Translations under genes and position numbers: made by a program
Part shown: positions 39,341-49,674 of the stretch, one piece after another
Layout of the letters: every line of letters begins with the position of its first letter
How positions within the stretch are numbered: position 1 is the stretch's first letter
NCBI GenBank assembly: GCA_020724555.1
Contig: DYGT01000001.1
Location: forward strand, 65,197 to 129,196
From: Candidatus Microgenomatus sp.
Lineage (GTDB): Bacteria; Patescibacteriota; Microgenomatia; UBA8517
Direction of reading: 5' to 3'
DNA: 64,000 nucleotides
The notes under the pieces: generated by a model
Databases searched by the model: none
What the model was told of the DNA's origin: nothing
Seen by the model: only the letters and a program-made list of their open reading frames with translations

Positions 39341-39666
39341 CTCTCGAATCTGCCCTAAAATATCTCAGTAAACCCCTGTTTGTCGGTTTTGTGATAGCCA
39401 TTGGCCTACTCAATTTTTACACAATTCATTTAATTAAACTGAGGCGCGCGCAAACGGAAAAAAACATTAAACATCAAGAAATAAATTTTTGGAATGATTT
39501 AATCAGACAAAATAGCACCTACCGCGATGCGTATCTGGGGCTTTCATATTTTTACCAAAAAGAAGGAGACCCTGAAATTGCTAAAATATATTTAAAAAAA
39601 GCTTATATGATTGATCCTAACAATGAAGAAGTAAAAGGCGCTTATTCTGAAATTTCTTCCTTTTGA
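39337..39666 (+). CDS. Small TPR-like membrane protein
   Basis: TM helix followed by a TPR-like repeat (DAYLGLSYFYQKEGDPEIAKIYLKKAYMIDP). Confidence 0.4.
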   Translation: MTLESALKYLSKPLFVGFVIAIGLLNFYTIHLIKLRRAQTEKNIKHQEINFWNDLIRQNSTYRDAYLGLSYFYQKEGDPEIAKIYLKKAYMIDPNNEEVKGAYSEISSF

Positions 39667-40331
39667 CCTTCTGAGGTATCCTTATCTGGCTGTTCCTTCT
39701 TACCTCCGCTTTCTTTTTCTGTAATTATCTCCACCTCTTCGGGAGCTTCTTCCTGAGGCTCCGCTTCCTCCTCCTCTTGTGGTGGTTCGACTTTAGCGAC
39801 AATCAATTCAAGGTCTGCTTTAATTTCAACCTTGTTTTTGTCGTATTTCAAATCTTTAAGAGCCAAAGCGTCATCAACCTTTTCCAGGCTTGAGGTATCA
39901 AGTTCAAATTCGTCCGGCAAATCAGTCGGTAGGGCTTCCACTTCTATTTCTAGGATTTGCTGAACGACCGTCCCCTCACCGTTTTTCTCTGCAGGAGCCT
40001 CACCTGTCAGCACAATTGGTACAGTTGCCGTTACTTTTTCTTTTAAATTAACTTGTTTAAAATCTACATGAATCGGTTCGTTAGTTACGGGATGAAGCTG
40101 GATATTGGCAATTAACACAGGATAAGATTTTTTATCTATCATAAGCTCAACGATTCCGGTTTCTCCTACTTTCTCATATAATTCCAAAAAAACTTTTTTT
40201 TCTAATTGGATAGCTTGGGATTTAACTCCTTTACCAAAAATATTTGCTGGCAAAATATTATTGGCTCTTAAATTTTTTACTTTACGGCCGGTAATCTCTC
40301 TTTTTTCAACTGTAATCTTTTGTGTATCCAT
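39642..40331 (-). CDS. rplY: Ribosomal protein L25 (Ctc form with acidic C-terminal extension)
   Basis: L25/Ctc N-terminal domain (EKREITGRKVKNLRANNILPANIFGKG) followed by an acidic tail. Confidence 0.8.
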   Translation of the reverse strand: MDTQKITVEKREITGRKVKNLRANNILPANIFGKGVKSQAIQLEKKVFLELYEKVGETGIVELMIDKKSYPVLIANIQLHPVTNEPIHVDFKQVNLKEKVTATVPIVLTGEAPAEKNGEGTVVQQILEIEVEALPTDLPDEFELDTSSLEKVDDALALKDLKYDKNKVEIKADLELIVAKVEPPQEEEEAEPQEEAPEEVEIITEKESGGKKEQPDKDTSEGQKEEISE

Positions 40332-40332
40332 A

Positions 40333-42897
40333 TTATTTTTTCAAGTAAAGCTCTATATCTTTACCAAGAGCCGTATTATATTCAAAATTATACCCCTCAG
40401 TCAAGAAAGCGGCTTCACTATACGCATCCAGTAATTCGTGGCTTGTAATTTTAATTTCAAATGGGTATGCAGAAACGCCCGATTGTTTTCGCCAATATAA
40501 CCTATATTGGTCGGCATTCTTCGGCAAAACCGGCTCGGTCCATTTATAAGTAAGTGTGGCTTCCGCTTGTGGCACGACGGTTAGTAAAACTCCGGCTTCT
40601 ACACGCCCACTTTTATTACTTAAAATTTCAGGAAAAACCTCCTTTGTTTCATTACCACTTTGAAAAACTACTTTTTCAAAGCGCGCACTGTCATTGGCCA
40701 AAAGTCTAACGTAAGCTTTGTAACCAAATTCCGGTATCTGGCCAAGAGCTTTTGCTTCATTAGAAAAAACTACGCGATAAGTATAATTTATATTTTCAGC
40801 GCCGATTTCGATACTTAATTGCGCCCTTCGCTTTATGTTTACGTTTGCCTTGTTAACACCAACATTATCTTCAACTAAGCCGCCCCACAAACTCACACAA
40901 TTCGGGTATTTACAGGCAGGGTTTAATTCGCCACTCCAACCCAACACACTTGCCATATGGTTAATGCCGGGTTCGTGTATAAATACCTGAATATCGCGTG
41001 CTTCAAAATGCATCACCAATTTTTCAAGAAGCGGCAAATAAGCGCTCCGGTCCAGGCTTGTTAACGAAGCAAGAATTTCATTGGTTAAAGCAGTTAAATA
41101 ATGAGCCTTTTTCCGCGAGCCGGGGAAAAAATCATCCTCAACTTCAAATTGGATTTTTTGATAAAAATTGTCTTGTGTTATGGTGTCATTAAAATCCGTT
41201 ATTTCCAGAGGACCGTTTATTGCTAAATAGCTTCTTAAAACCTCTAAATTTATGCCAATCACACCGTCCACCTGGCGGTTAATAGATTTATCCAAAAACC
41301 ACTCAGCCTTCTGCGCCGATGACACAAAATCCGGATCCCAGTTAGAATCGCGCATGTACCAAGTTGCTTCACCCAGATATTTTTTGATTGGTTCAGGGGG
41401 GGCGACATACCCTTTAAGTTGCCCATCGGCAGAGTAAACATCAAAAACATTAGCGTCTATCAATTTTCCGTTTTCAAATGTAATCAAAGCAAAAGACCCA
41501 ATAAACCCTCCCGTTGCTCTTAGCTCCATGTTGTTTTGCAAAAGCACTAAATATGTCTTGGTCGAATCACTACCCAGTGTTTCTCCCAAGCTGCGGCTTG
41601 TTTCGCGTAAAGCGTATAAATATTTCAAATTATTTTGAACGTCCAGGTTGTCAGGAACAAAACCTGCAAAGAGCGGTTTTAAATTTTTATATTGTCCATA
41701 TGCAAATAAACTCTCTTTATATAAAGCGTCGCTTAATAAAAAAAGCTTATTAGTTTCTGCCTTTAAATCATAACTTTTTCCTAAGACAACGTTTTGCAGC
41801 AAGTTCTCGCTAATTTCTAAAGCGTCTAGGCCCCTTTTCCCGAGTCGTGAGATTTTATAAAGCAAATCAGAGGCATTGTAGGCAGTTTGGGAAACCGATT
41901 TTAATCCCGGAATATTAGACGCCGTACCAAAAAAACCGGAAGAAAAATAAGCTGTGGAACGAGACAGCGTAAACAACGCATCAGATGCACCAAAGTTAGT
42001 TTTTTGTGCCGCCAAGGCTCCTAAATATAAACTGGCAGCCGAGAAGGCCAGTGCCACAAACGGGGTTAGGATAAGCCAAATGAATGCTAAGCAGAGAAAA
42101 AATAGTTTTTTAAATTTAAAAGGGGAGCGTGGTTTTGAAAAAAACTTTTTTTTGTTTGTTGCTTTCTTATACCCTTTTTCCGGAGGCTTGTTAAGCTCAA
42201 TCCTGGCTAAATCTGCGGGGAAAAAAGTTGGCCTTTCAACAGTATTTTCATTTTTCAGAGCCAAAGCAAGTGATTTTATTGTCTCATGATCTAAAGGTGT
42301 ATTAATTATGTGTGAAGATGAAATAATATTTTGGTCTTGACGTTTTTGCTTCCGGTTTATAACCAATCCGGGATTAACACTTTTTAGCTTTGCGGCAAAC
42401 ATTTCTTCAGTGGTTTTTGTAGATAAAGAAATTTCCCGACCGTGAACATAAGTAAACAGTTCGCGAATAATAAAATCGCACGCTTGATTTGCGGATATTG
42501 GATAAAATACTGTTGCAGGAGAGATATTTAAATTATTGCCTTCAATGATCTCTAAAAACCGAGAATTTTTTAAAAAGTTATTTCTTTCAAAATATACATC
42601 CCCTATATAAATTGTTTTAATTTTTGCCGATGTTTGCAAGGTAAGTAGTTTTTGTAACTCCTCATCCTTTGGTCTTTGATCATCAATTAAAGAAAAAACA
42701 AAAAGTACTTTTCCGGAAAGCATGGATAACAAGTTATCGTATTGCGGACTATCACTTGTTAAATGAATAATAACACTATACTGGGCGTTAACAAATTCAT
42801 TAATGCTCGTTACAAACCCTTTATTTTCAAGCTGTAATTTTAACTTCTCAAGAAGTAATAAATTTTTATTCCCATAAAGGGCAACAACTGGATTCAT
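40333..42897 (-). CDS. Large membrane protein, DUF4012-like
   Basis: 854 aa: a cytoplasmic N-domain, a TM helix, and a large extracytoplasmic domain resembling DUF4012 proteins. Confidence 0.4.
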   Translation of the reverse strand: MNPVVALYGNKNLLLLEKLKLQLENKGFVTSINEFVNAQYSVIIHLTSDSPQYDNLLSMLSGKVLFVFSLIDDQRPKDEELQKLLTLQTSAKIKTIYIGDVYFERNNFLKNSRFLEIIEGNNLNISPATVFYPISANQACDFIIRELFTYVHGREISLSTKTTEEMFAAKLKSVNPGLVINRKQKRQDQNIISSSHIINTPLDHETIKSLALALKNENTVERPTFFPADLARIELNKPPEKGYKKATNKKKFFSKPRSPFKFKKLFFLCLAFIWLILTPFVALAFSAASLYLGALAAQKTNFGASDALFTLSRSTAYFSSGFFGTASNIPGLKSVSQTAYNASDLLYKISRLGKRGLDALEISENLLQNVVLGKSYDLKAETNKLFLLSDALYKESLFAYGQYKNLKPLFAGFVPDNLDVQNNLKYLYALRETSRSLGETLGSDSTKTYLVLLQNNMELRATGGFIGSFALITFENGKLIDANVFDVYSADGQLKGYVAPPEPIKKYLGEATWYMRDSNWDPDFVSSAQKAEWFLDKSINRQVDGVIGINLEVLRSYLAINGPLEITDFNDTITQDNFYQKIQFEVEDDFFPGSRKKAHYLTALTNEILASLTSLDRSAYLPLLEKLVMHFEARDIQVFIHEPGINHMASVLGWSGELNPACKYPNCVSLWGGLVEDNVGVNKANVNIKRRAQLSIEIGAENINYTYRVVFSNEAKALGQIPEFGYKAYVRLLANDSARFEKVVFQSGNETKEVFPEILSNKSGRVEAGVLLTVVPQAEATLTYKWTEPVLPKNADQYRLYWRKQSGVSAYPFEIKITSHELLDAYSEAAFLTEGYNFEYNTALGKDIELYLKK

Positions 42898-43063
42898 CTT
42901 CCACTAATCTTACATGCTGGGAAGCTATCTCTCAAGCAAATGCCGACATGTGAAACTATTCGAAAATTATTATCGCAAAAAAGTATCGATTCATTTCATT
43001 AAAGTGGTATTTTTCTTTACACATGAAGGAAATCTCAAACCTTCTTGAGATACGTGAAGAGGT

Positions 43064-43483
43064 CTAATTTTTCATCAAGCCATTAAGCGCCTCGTTAGCA
43101 AGCTTGTCGGCACGTTTATTAAATTCTCTTTTGACATGCAAATAAGTTATCTTAAAAGGTAAGCTTTTTTCCTTTGCTTTTATTTTTAAAACCAGCGGAA
43201 TAAGATGCGGGCTTTTAATTTTATATTCTCCGGTTAATTGTTTTGTGACAAGTTCGGAATCAAAAATAAAATTTACTTTATCAATTTGGTTATCAGCCGA
43301 AAAAGATATCAACCAATCATATGCCATAACGACAGCTTTATATTCAGCTACATTATTTGTAGTAATGCCAACATATTCTGTGTTCTCATATATAAGCTTG
43401 TCTTTGTGATAAGCGCAAAACGCTGTGGCAGCAGGGCCGGGGTTGCCGCGGGATGCCCCATCGCAATAAATTGTAATTTGCAT
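43064..43483 (-). CDS. rnhA: Ribonuclease HI
   Basis: IYCDGASRGNPGPAA carries the RNase H catalytic DxS...GNPG motif. Confidence 0.8.
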   Translation of the reverse strand: MQITIYCDGASRGNPGPAATAFCAYHKDKLIYENTEYVGITTNNVAEYKAVVMAYDWLISFSADNQIDKVNFIFDSELVTKQLTGEYKIKSPHLIPLVLKIKAKEKSLPFKITYLHVKREFNKRADKLANEALNGLMKN

Positions 43484-43493
43484 AATAGTTATT

Positions 43494-44735
43494 TTAAAGG
43501 CTTTTAATTTTTTTTGCGAGAAGCATTTCTTTTAAAAACATAGTAAAAACCAAAGTTAACATCAACTGTGTTTGTTGCAGCGTCAGCCAATAATGATCAG
43601 CAAGACCCGTTAACAAAATACCAAAAAATGAATAGGAAAGGGGAGTTCCCAAAAAATTTTTTCTCAGCTTTTTGTAAATAAAAACAAAAACCAATATCAG
43701 GCCGACAAAACCTGTTTCACTTAGTAGCAATAAAAAAATATTGTGAACGGGTTGTATCCAATATCTTGCTTCTGCAATTATCAAACTGTGGAATCTTTGA
43801 TAATACGAAAAAATTTCATAGATAAAATTTCCTAGTCCCACACCAAAAAACGGGTTGTCTTTCACCATATAAATACTTACAAGAGATAAGTTATAACGAC
43901 GGCCAATGCTTGGATTTATGTTTGTAAAGTAATAAAAAAATAAAGGAGTTAAAAAAGAAAATAATAAAATAAAGAAAAATGCGAAATTTAATCTGACTTT
44001 AATTTTTGAAAAAAATAAAGAAAAAATTACAATACCCGAAATCCATGCGGCTTGCGAGATAGACAATAGCACCATAATCGAAGCCATAAAAATACTTAAG
44101 TACTTTAAAACTTTTTGGTGAATTGTCGACAAAAGCGGAATTGCAACTAAACTAAAACCTGCCAAGGCGTTCGGGTGGGGAAAAAACGCGTAAGGGCGTA
44201 AATACTCTTTTCCCAAAAACGCAAATCTGGCAATCGATGGTGTATTAACAAAAAAACGCCGCTCTCCCCAAAAATAAAACAATCTGGTTTCTGATTTTTG
44301 CGCTAACAGTTGGAGAGTAAAAGAAAAAAATATAACAAATAAAGATAAGGATAAAACATAAGCAATTTCTTTTGTGGATATATCTTCCAAAAACACATAA
44401 ATCCCTAAATAGATGAATTTATAAAATGTTAACCATTTATAAAGAGCCAGATAAGCATTCGCGCTGAAAGCAACATTGATAATTGAAAAAATAAAAATAA
44501 AAAGAAAATAAAATTTGTATTTTTTAAAAAAACTTAAATAATCTTTTCTATAATCTATATCAAGTAAGCTAACCAACAACAAAACCAATATTAAAATATC
44601 AGTTAAATAAATAGTCGGAGATAAATAATCTATCCGCACGCCCCGCACATAAGACCACTGGGGCCACATATGATAACCAAACTGGGACGGAAGAAAAAAC
44701 AAAAGAAAAAAGAATACTAGTTTACTTGGTTTCAC
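43494..44735 (-). CDS. O-antigen ligase/polymerase family membrane protein (Wzy_C-like)
   Basis: 413 aa and polytopic, with a large periplasmic loop typical of the WaaL/Wzy family. Confidence 0.5.
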   Translation of the reverse strand: MKPSKLVFFFLLFFLPSQFGYHMWPQWSYVRGVRIDYLSPTIYLTDILILVLLLVSLLDIDYRKDYLSFFKKYKFYFLFIFIFSIINVAFSANAYLALYKWLTFYKFIYLGIYVFLEDISTKEIAYVLSLSLFVIFFSFTLQLLAQKSETRLFYFWGERRFFVNTPSIARFAFLGKEYLRPYAFFPHPNALAGFSLVAIPLLSTIHQKVLKYLSIFMASIMVLLSISQAAWISGIVIFSLFFSKIKVRLNFAFFFILLFSFLTPLFFYYFTNINPSIGRRYNLSLVSIYMVKDNPFFGVGLGNFIYEIFSYYQRFHSLIIAEARYWIQPVHNIFLLLLSETGFVGLILVFVFIYKKLRKNFLGTPLSYSFFGILLTGLADHYWLTLQQTQLMLTLVFTMFLKEMLLAKKIKSL

Positions 44736-45213
44736 TTTTTGCAGTCACGATTAGGCAGCGTTCAGCGCCTTCACCTTGAGATTCAGAAGACACGTCGCTG
44801 CGCTGGGAGAGCGCCATATGGATAATTCTTCGCTGAGCAGGGCTTAAATTATATAAATATTGGGGCTCTCCGGTAGAAATGGCACGCTCAGCTGTCTGTT
44901 CTGCTAAATCTTCCAAATAATCCTCATGGCGGCTACGCCAATTGCCGATGTCGAGCCTTACCGGTACCCACTGTCCAACAGACTGCCGTAAAGAAAGCGC
45001 CAAAAAAGATTGGATAGCATTTAAGGTGGAGCCGCGCGAACCAATTAAAAGACCGGATTCTTCGACCTCCTCCATCTCAATCTTGACAACAAAAGTGCCT
45101 TCGTTTTCTTCAACCGAAGTTTCAAAATCAGCGTTAATTGCAAGAAGTTCCAACAAACGTTCAAAAATTTGGTTGGCTGTTGCTTTTAGTTTTTCCGGAT
45201 CCATATTAACCAC
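44722..45213 (-). CDS. jag: RNA-binding protein Jag/KhpB (KH plus R3H domains)
   Basis: KH-like region and an R3H motif (QRRIIHMALSQ). Conserved position downstream of yidC. Confidence 0.75.
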   Translation of the reverse strand: MVNMDPEKLKATANQIFERLLELLAINADFETSVEENEGTFVVKIEMEEVEESGLLIGSRGSTLNAIQSFLALSLRQSVGQWVPVRLDIGNWRSRHEDYLEDLAEQTAERAISTGEPQYLYNLSPAQRRIIHMALSQRSDVSSESQGEGAERCLIVTAKSETK

Positions 45214-46024
45214 GCAATTGTAGCAAACCCAAGCGTTTAATTAAAGGGGTAAGGCCACCCCATCCCTGGGAGCGGTATTGCTGCACAAACTGAAAGACCG
45301 AAAACGTCACCCAATATAAAGCAAGTCCGGATGGGAAATTAAGTCCGATCAAAAGCGTCATGAGAGGAAGTGTATAAATCATCGAGGACTGAAGCGCCAC
45401 TTGGATATCATCTTTTGCGTCTTTAGTTTTGGCGGCAACTTTTTTTTCTTCCTCAAGATACGGCATTGAAAGCTTTGCTGACAAAAACTGTACTAAGGCT
45501 GCAAGTATCAATATGGGCCCCGGAAGCGAAAAGGGTATAGCTGGTACATTAAATTTATCTGGCTCTGAAACGTCCAAATATAAAAAGCGGGTGTTGATCA
45601 CGGCTCCTTCTTGGAATTGTAATGGCGGGTATAGGCGTTCATTAAATTTAGCGGTAACGTCTTGCCCGGGAACTAAAATAGAAGTAAAAACTTGAAACAG
45701 TGCAATTAAAACCACGAACTGTAATAAATAAGGCAAACAGCCTGCCCCGGGGTTAACCCCTTTCTCGCGAAAAAAATCGGCCTGTGCCTGTCTTAATTTT
45801 AAAGGCTCATCTTTATATTTCTTTTTTAATTTATCAATGTCCTTTTGGTAGTCTTTCATTTTTTTCATTGACTCCAGATAAGGGCGTGTTAGAGGAGTAA
45901 GAACTAAACGAAGAACTACGGTAAAAACTATAATACCAAGGCCCATATTGCCTCCCATTAAGCGGTAAAATAAAGCAAGCCCGTTAACGAGAGGTTCGAT
46001 TAAAATTGTATTTATTATTTCCAT
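45206..46024 (-). CDS. yidC: Membrane protein insertase YidC (short form)
   Basis: YidC/Oxa1 core (GCLPYLLQFVVLIALFQ) in the conserved rnpA-yidD-yidC context. Confidence 0.85.
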   Translation of the reverse strand: MEIINTILIEPLVNGLALFYRLMGGNMGLGIIVFTVVLRLVLTPLTRPYLESMKKMKDYQKDIDKLKKKYKDEPLKLRQAQADFFREKGVNPGAGCLPYLLQFVVLIALFQVFTSILVPGQDVTAKFNERLYPPLQFQEGAVINTRFLYLDVSEPDKFNVPAIPFSLPGPILILAALVQFLSAKLSMPYLEEEKKVAAKTKDAKDDIQVALQSSMIYTLPLMTLLIGLNFPSGLALYWVTFSVFQFVQQYRSQGWGGLTPLIKRLGLLQLRG

Positions 46025-46026
46025 TT

Positions 46027-46251
46027 TTATTTAAACGGGACCGGGTCGTAGCCACCTTTGGCAAACGGGTGGCAACGCAATATGCGTTTAACCGACAAAA
46101 ACCCACCTTTAAGAATACCATGTTTGGCAATGGCTTCGTTTGCATAGACTGAGCAAGTTGGCGTATACCTGCAGCCCTTTCCAAACAACAAAAACAAAAG
46201 GGGGGACAATGTTAATTTATAAATTTTTAATAATAAATTATTCATTTGCAA
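46027..46251 (-). CDS. yidD: Membrane protein insertion efficiency factor YidD
   Basis: YKLTLSPLL...[12 protein letters not shown] signature. Confidence 0.85.
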   Translation of the reverse strand: MQMNNLLLKIYKLTLSPLLFLLFGKGCRYTPTCSVYANEAIAKHGILKGGFLSVKRILRCHPFAKGGYDPVPFK

Positions 46252-46586
46252 ATTCTACAGCTTACCAAAGCATCCATTAATTGATTCATAATATCTGAGG
46301 TATAAACCTTGGCAATAGATGGGAAGGCAACAATTACCACATCGTATGCGTTTTCCATACAATATAAACTTCTTCTTATTCCTTCTCGAATGGCTCTTTT
46401 CGTCTTATTACGAACACTTGCGTGAGGACTTATGTCTTTATCAACAATAATTCCAAAACGGGAATTTTTTTGGTTTTTTTTAACAACGTACTGAATTAAA
46501 AAATGTTCAGTTTTGTATCTTTTGCCTTTATTTTTTACAAACAAAAAATCTTCCTGTTCTGTTAAACGGTTTTTTCGCGGCAGCAT
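46242..46586 (-). CDS. rnpA: Ribonuclease P protein component
   Basis: RnpA-like basic protein in the conserved position after rpmH. Confidence 0.8.
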   Translation of the reverse strand: MLPRKNRLTEQEDFLFVKNKGKRYKTEHFLIQYVVKKNQKNSRFGIIVDKDISPHASVRNKTKRAIREGIRRSLYCMENAYDVVIVAFPSIAKVYTSDIMNQLMDALVSCRICK

Positions 46587-46587
46587 T

Positions 46588-46722
46588 TTAGTGGGCCAAT
46601 TTTTTACGCCCTTTTTGGCGTCGGCGTTTTAGAATTAGTTTTCCTTTTTTTGAACTATTTCTTTTCAAAAAACCAAATCTGCGTCTTTTAATTTTACTTG
46701 GCTGGTATGTTCTTTTTGTCAT
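46588..46722 (-). CDS. rpmH: Ribosomal protein L34 (44 aa, not in the ORF track)
   Basis: Hand translation gives [44 protein letters not shown], a classic L34. Confidence 0.85.
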   Translation of the reverse strand: MTKRTYQPSKIKRRRFGFLKRNSSKKGKLILKRRRQKGRKKLAH

Positions 46723-46911
46723 GATAAAAAAATTATATTAAGTTAAAGCTTGCAATATCTCGCATTATAAACTGATCTTACTCGAATTTGCAATTCTTGT
46801 AAGAGATTTTGAACCCAAAATTCTATTTCTAAACTTGTAAATTGGAGTATTTTGGGTATAGCAAAAAAAACTTTTTTATACCAATTCGCATTTTTTAGGG
46901 GTTGACGTTTT

Positions 46912-46920
46912 GTGGATAAC
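46912..46920 (-). promoter_or_regulatory. Perfect DnaA box (TTATCCACA on the minus strand) in the dnaA promoter region
   Basis: tgtggataa at 46912-46920, 28 bp upstream of the dnaA ATG. Confidence 0.6.
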
Positions 46921-46947
46921 TCACTACTTTAAGGTCAATCACTATAA

Positions 46948-48327
46948 ATGGAAAAATTTGATAAAGAACAAGTATGGCGTGATGCGCTCCAAAGCGTCAA
47001 GCTTTCTGTTTCTCCTGCAATTTTTCAAACCTGGCTTTCCCAGACTCATTTAGTGAGTTTGCAAAACAAAGGTGAAAAACGCTATTCGGCCGAGGTCGGC
47101 TGCCCTTCTGCCTTCATCAAATCAACCGTTGAAAAGCGCTATTTCGGACTTATTCAAGACGCGCTTATAAAAGCCGTCGAAAGCCCGGTTGATTTAATAT
47201 TCTTAGTTAAAGCACCAACGCAAAAATGGCAAGAAAAAAACACTCAACTACCACCTTTGTTTGATGAAAAAGATACTCAAGCGGAACTAAGGGAGTTGGC
47301 AATAAAAACCAGGCTGCGACCCGGTTTTACTTTTTCCAACTTCGCCGTTTCTGATTCTAATCAAATGGCGCACGCAGCGGCCGAGGCTGTAGCCCAAAAG
47401 CCTGGTATCAACTATAACCCACTATTTATTTGGGGAGGAGTAGGAGTGGGTAAAACGCATTTAATGCATGCGGTTGGTTACCGAATGCTTGAAACAAACA
47501 TGGGGTCAAAAATTATTGTTTGTACCGGAGAAGAATTTACAAACGACATTGTAGAAGGAATCAGAAACAAAACTACACAAAAATTTCGGGATAAATACAG
47601 AAAGGCAAACGCGCTTTTCATAGACGATATTCAATTTATTGCCGGAAAGGACGCGGTACAAAATGAGTTTTTCCATACCTTCAACGCCGTAACCGCTGCC
47701 GGTGGTCAGATAATCCTTACCTCAGACAAGCCACCTACAGAAATTGCCAAACTCGAAGACAGATTAAGAAGCCGCTTTGAAGCCGGATTAATCGTAGACG
47801 TTGCTCCACCCGACTTCGAACTAAGGTGTGCGATTACACAAATAAAAGCCCGGGAAAAAGAATTAGATTTAAGCAATGAAATAGTTCACATGATTGCAGG
47901 GAATATGGATACTGCAAGAAAAATAGAAGGATTATTAGTGAGGCTTTCATCAGAAGTTAAATTAAAAAATGCAGTTATCAGTGAAGAGCTTATCCAAAGC
48001 CTGGTTGGTGCAAACGCTAAAAGCGAAAACTTTGAAAAGCGTTTAAATCCGGATAGCGTTATGGATGCTGTTTGTAAACATTATTCAATTAGTAGACGGG
48101 CAATGACCGGTAAAGCTCGCGCGCGCATAATAGCCAGGCCCCGCCAAGTTTTAATGTACCTACTTCGAACTGAGCTTGGCATGCCTCTTGAAGAAGTGGG
48201 GCGGATGATTGGCGGGAGAGATCATTCCACTGTGATTCACGCTGTGGATAAAATTACCAAATTAGCCTCACAAGATATTAACACGCGTGAAGATATCTTG
48301 CAGATAAAAAATAATTTTGGCGGATAA
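46948..48327 (+). CDS. dnaA: Chromosomal replication initiator protein DnaA
   Basis: AAA+ Walker A GGVGVGKTHL, the sensor motifs, and the C-terminal DNA-binding domain. Confidence 0.95.
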   Translation: MEKFDKEQVWRDALQSVKLSVSPAIFQTWLSQTHLVSLQNKGEKRYSAEVGCPSAFIKSTVEKRYFGLIQDALIKAVESPVDLIFLVKAPTQKWQEKNTQLPPLFDEKDTQAELRELAIKTRLRPGFTFSNFAVSDSNQMAHAAAEAVAQKPGINYNPLFIWGGVGVGKTHLMHAVGYRMLETNMGSKIIVCTGEEFTNDIVEGIRNKTTQKFRDKYRKANALFIDDIQFIAGKDAVQNEFFHTFNAVTAAGGQIILTSDKPPTEIAKLEDRLRSRFEAGLIVDVAPPDFELRCAITQIKAREKELDLSNEIVHMIAGNMDTARKIEGLLVRLSSEVKLKNAVISEELIQSLVGANAKSENFEKRLNPDSVMDAVCKHYSISRRAMTGKARARIIARPRQVLMYLLRTELGMPLEEVGRMIGGRDHSTVIHAVDKITKLASQDINTREDILQIKNNFGG

Positions 48328-48565
48328 TTTGTTTATAAATCACCCGCTTATCCACATATAAACAAAAATAACTATATCCTCCACAAATTTATCAACAAAA
48401 GTTTCAAGGCAACAATCTACAATTCCACTAGCGCTTATAGCCAGCGTAATATTCTACTTATCCACACGGCCTACTGCTACTACTACTGTATTAAATAAAT
48501 AAATTATATAAAACAAAAAAATATGACTTGTGAATAATCGGCGATGTCATATAATGCATATAAAT
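48328..48565. promoter_or_regulatory. oriC candidate: DnaA-box cluster plus an AT-rich unwinding region between dnaA and dnaN
   Basis: Perfect TTATCCACA at 48348-48356 and 48458-48466. One-mismatch boxes TTATCAACA at 48389-48397 and TGTGAATAA (reverse) at 48529-48537. AT-rich tract at 48490-48525. Confidence 0.65.
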
Positions 48566-49669
48566 ATGAATGTGTCTGTTTTTCAAAAAGATTTATCACA
48601 AAGCGTTTTTCTTACCACTCATTTTGTTTCTAAAACCGCTCAACTGCCCATCCTTGAGAACGTGCTTTTAAGAACCAAAAAAAATAAACTTCAATTAATG
48701 GCAACTAATTTAGAAATGTCTGTGCTGGCCAGTGTTGCCGCCAAAGTGTCGGAAGAGGGAGAAATCGCCGTTCCTGCACGTACTTTTTCGGAGATAATTA
48801 CAAATTTACAAAGCGAGCAGGTAAAACTTGAAAGTCATGAAGAAATTTTAAAAATTAAAACAGATACAACAACTGTTGATTTATCCGGCATGAATACATC
48901 GGATTTTCCGGATGTACCTTCACAGATTCCGGACAGTGCTGTTTTTATTCCTGTTTCTGAATTTATCGAAGCTTTAACTCAAGTTAGTTTTGCGGCTTCA
49001 CGCGATGAAACAAGGCCACAGCTGACAGGCATACTTTTTATTATGGAGTCGGGAAGTTTAAAACTTGTTGCCTCAGATGGTTTCCGTTTGTCGCAAAAAA
49101 CTATCAAAGTTCCCGGGGATGCCAAATCCAAAAAAGTGATTATTCCTAAAAATATACTTTTAGAATTGCAAAAAGGTATAAAGGACGAGGATGAACTAAA
49201 GCTTTTTATAAATGAAGAAGATAACGAAGTTTTATTTACTTCGAGTGACTGTGTTTTTAGTAGCCGTGTAATAGAAGGTGAGTTTCCAAATTTTGAGCGT
49301 ATTATTCCCAAGTCCAGTAGTGTTACTGCTAATTTTGATAAAGACGAGTTTGCAAAAGTCATTAAGGTTGCCTCGGTTTTTGCGCGCGATACTGCAAATA
49401 TCGTGATGCTTAAAGTGAATGAGGGAAGTTTGTCTGTCCGGGCTGAAAGTAGCCGTAGTGGGCGCGGCGAAGCAACTATTCCTGCCAAAGTGGAAGGTGA
49501 TCCGGTGGAGATATCTTTTAACTTTAAGTTTATTGAGGACTTTTTGGCAGTTTCAAAATCAAGCGAAATCGAGATCGCTCTCACAAATACAACTTCTCCC
49601 GGAGTTTTTAAGGATATCAGCTCCCCGGATTTTCTTCACTTAATCATGCCTGTAAGGGTGCAAGAGTAG
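48566..49669 (+). CDS. dnaN: DNA polymerase III beta sliding clamp
   Basis: Three-domain beta-clamp sequence. Start chosen at MNVSVFQKDL. Confidence 0.85.
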   Translation: MNVSVFQKDLSQSVFLTTHFVSKTAQLPILENVLLRTKKNKLQLMATNLEMSVLASVAAKVSEEGEIAVPARTFSEIITNLQSEQVKLESHEEILKIKTDTTTVDLSGMNTSDFPDVPSQIPDSAVFIPVSEFIEALTQVSFAASRDETRPQLTGILFIMESGSLKLVASDGFRLSQKTIKVPGDAKSKKVIIPKNILLELQKGIKDEDELKLFINEEDNEVLFTSSDCVFSSRVIEGEFPNFERIIPKSSSVTANFDKDEFAKVIKVASVFARDTANIVMLKVNEGSLSVRAESSRSGRGEATIPAKVEGDPVEISFNFKFIEDFLAVSKSSEIEIALTNTTSPGVFKDISSPDFLHLIMPVRVQE

Positions 49670-49674
49670 ACTAA

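Noticed and set aside
42898-43063. 166-bp intergenic region checked for SRP, 6S or other structured RNA
   Set aside because: No SRP domain-IV motif and no other recognisable conserved RNA signature. There is only a 7-bp hairpin (atctcaa/ttgagat) without a U-tract.
48979-49584. 201-aa minus-strand ORF inside dnaN
   Set aside because: It is antisense to the conserved beta-clamp gene.
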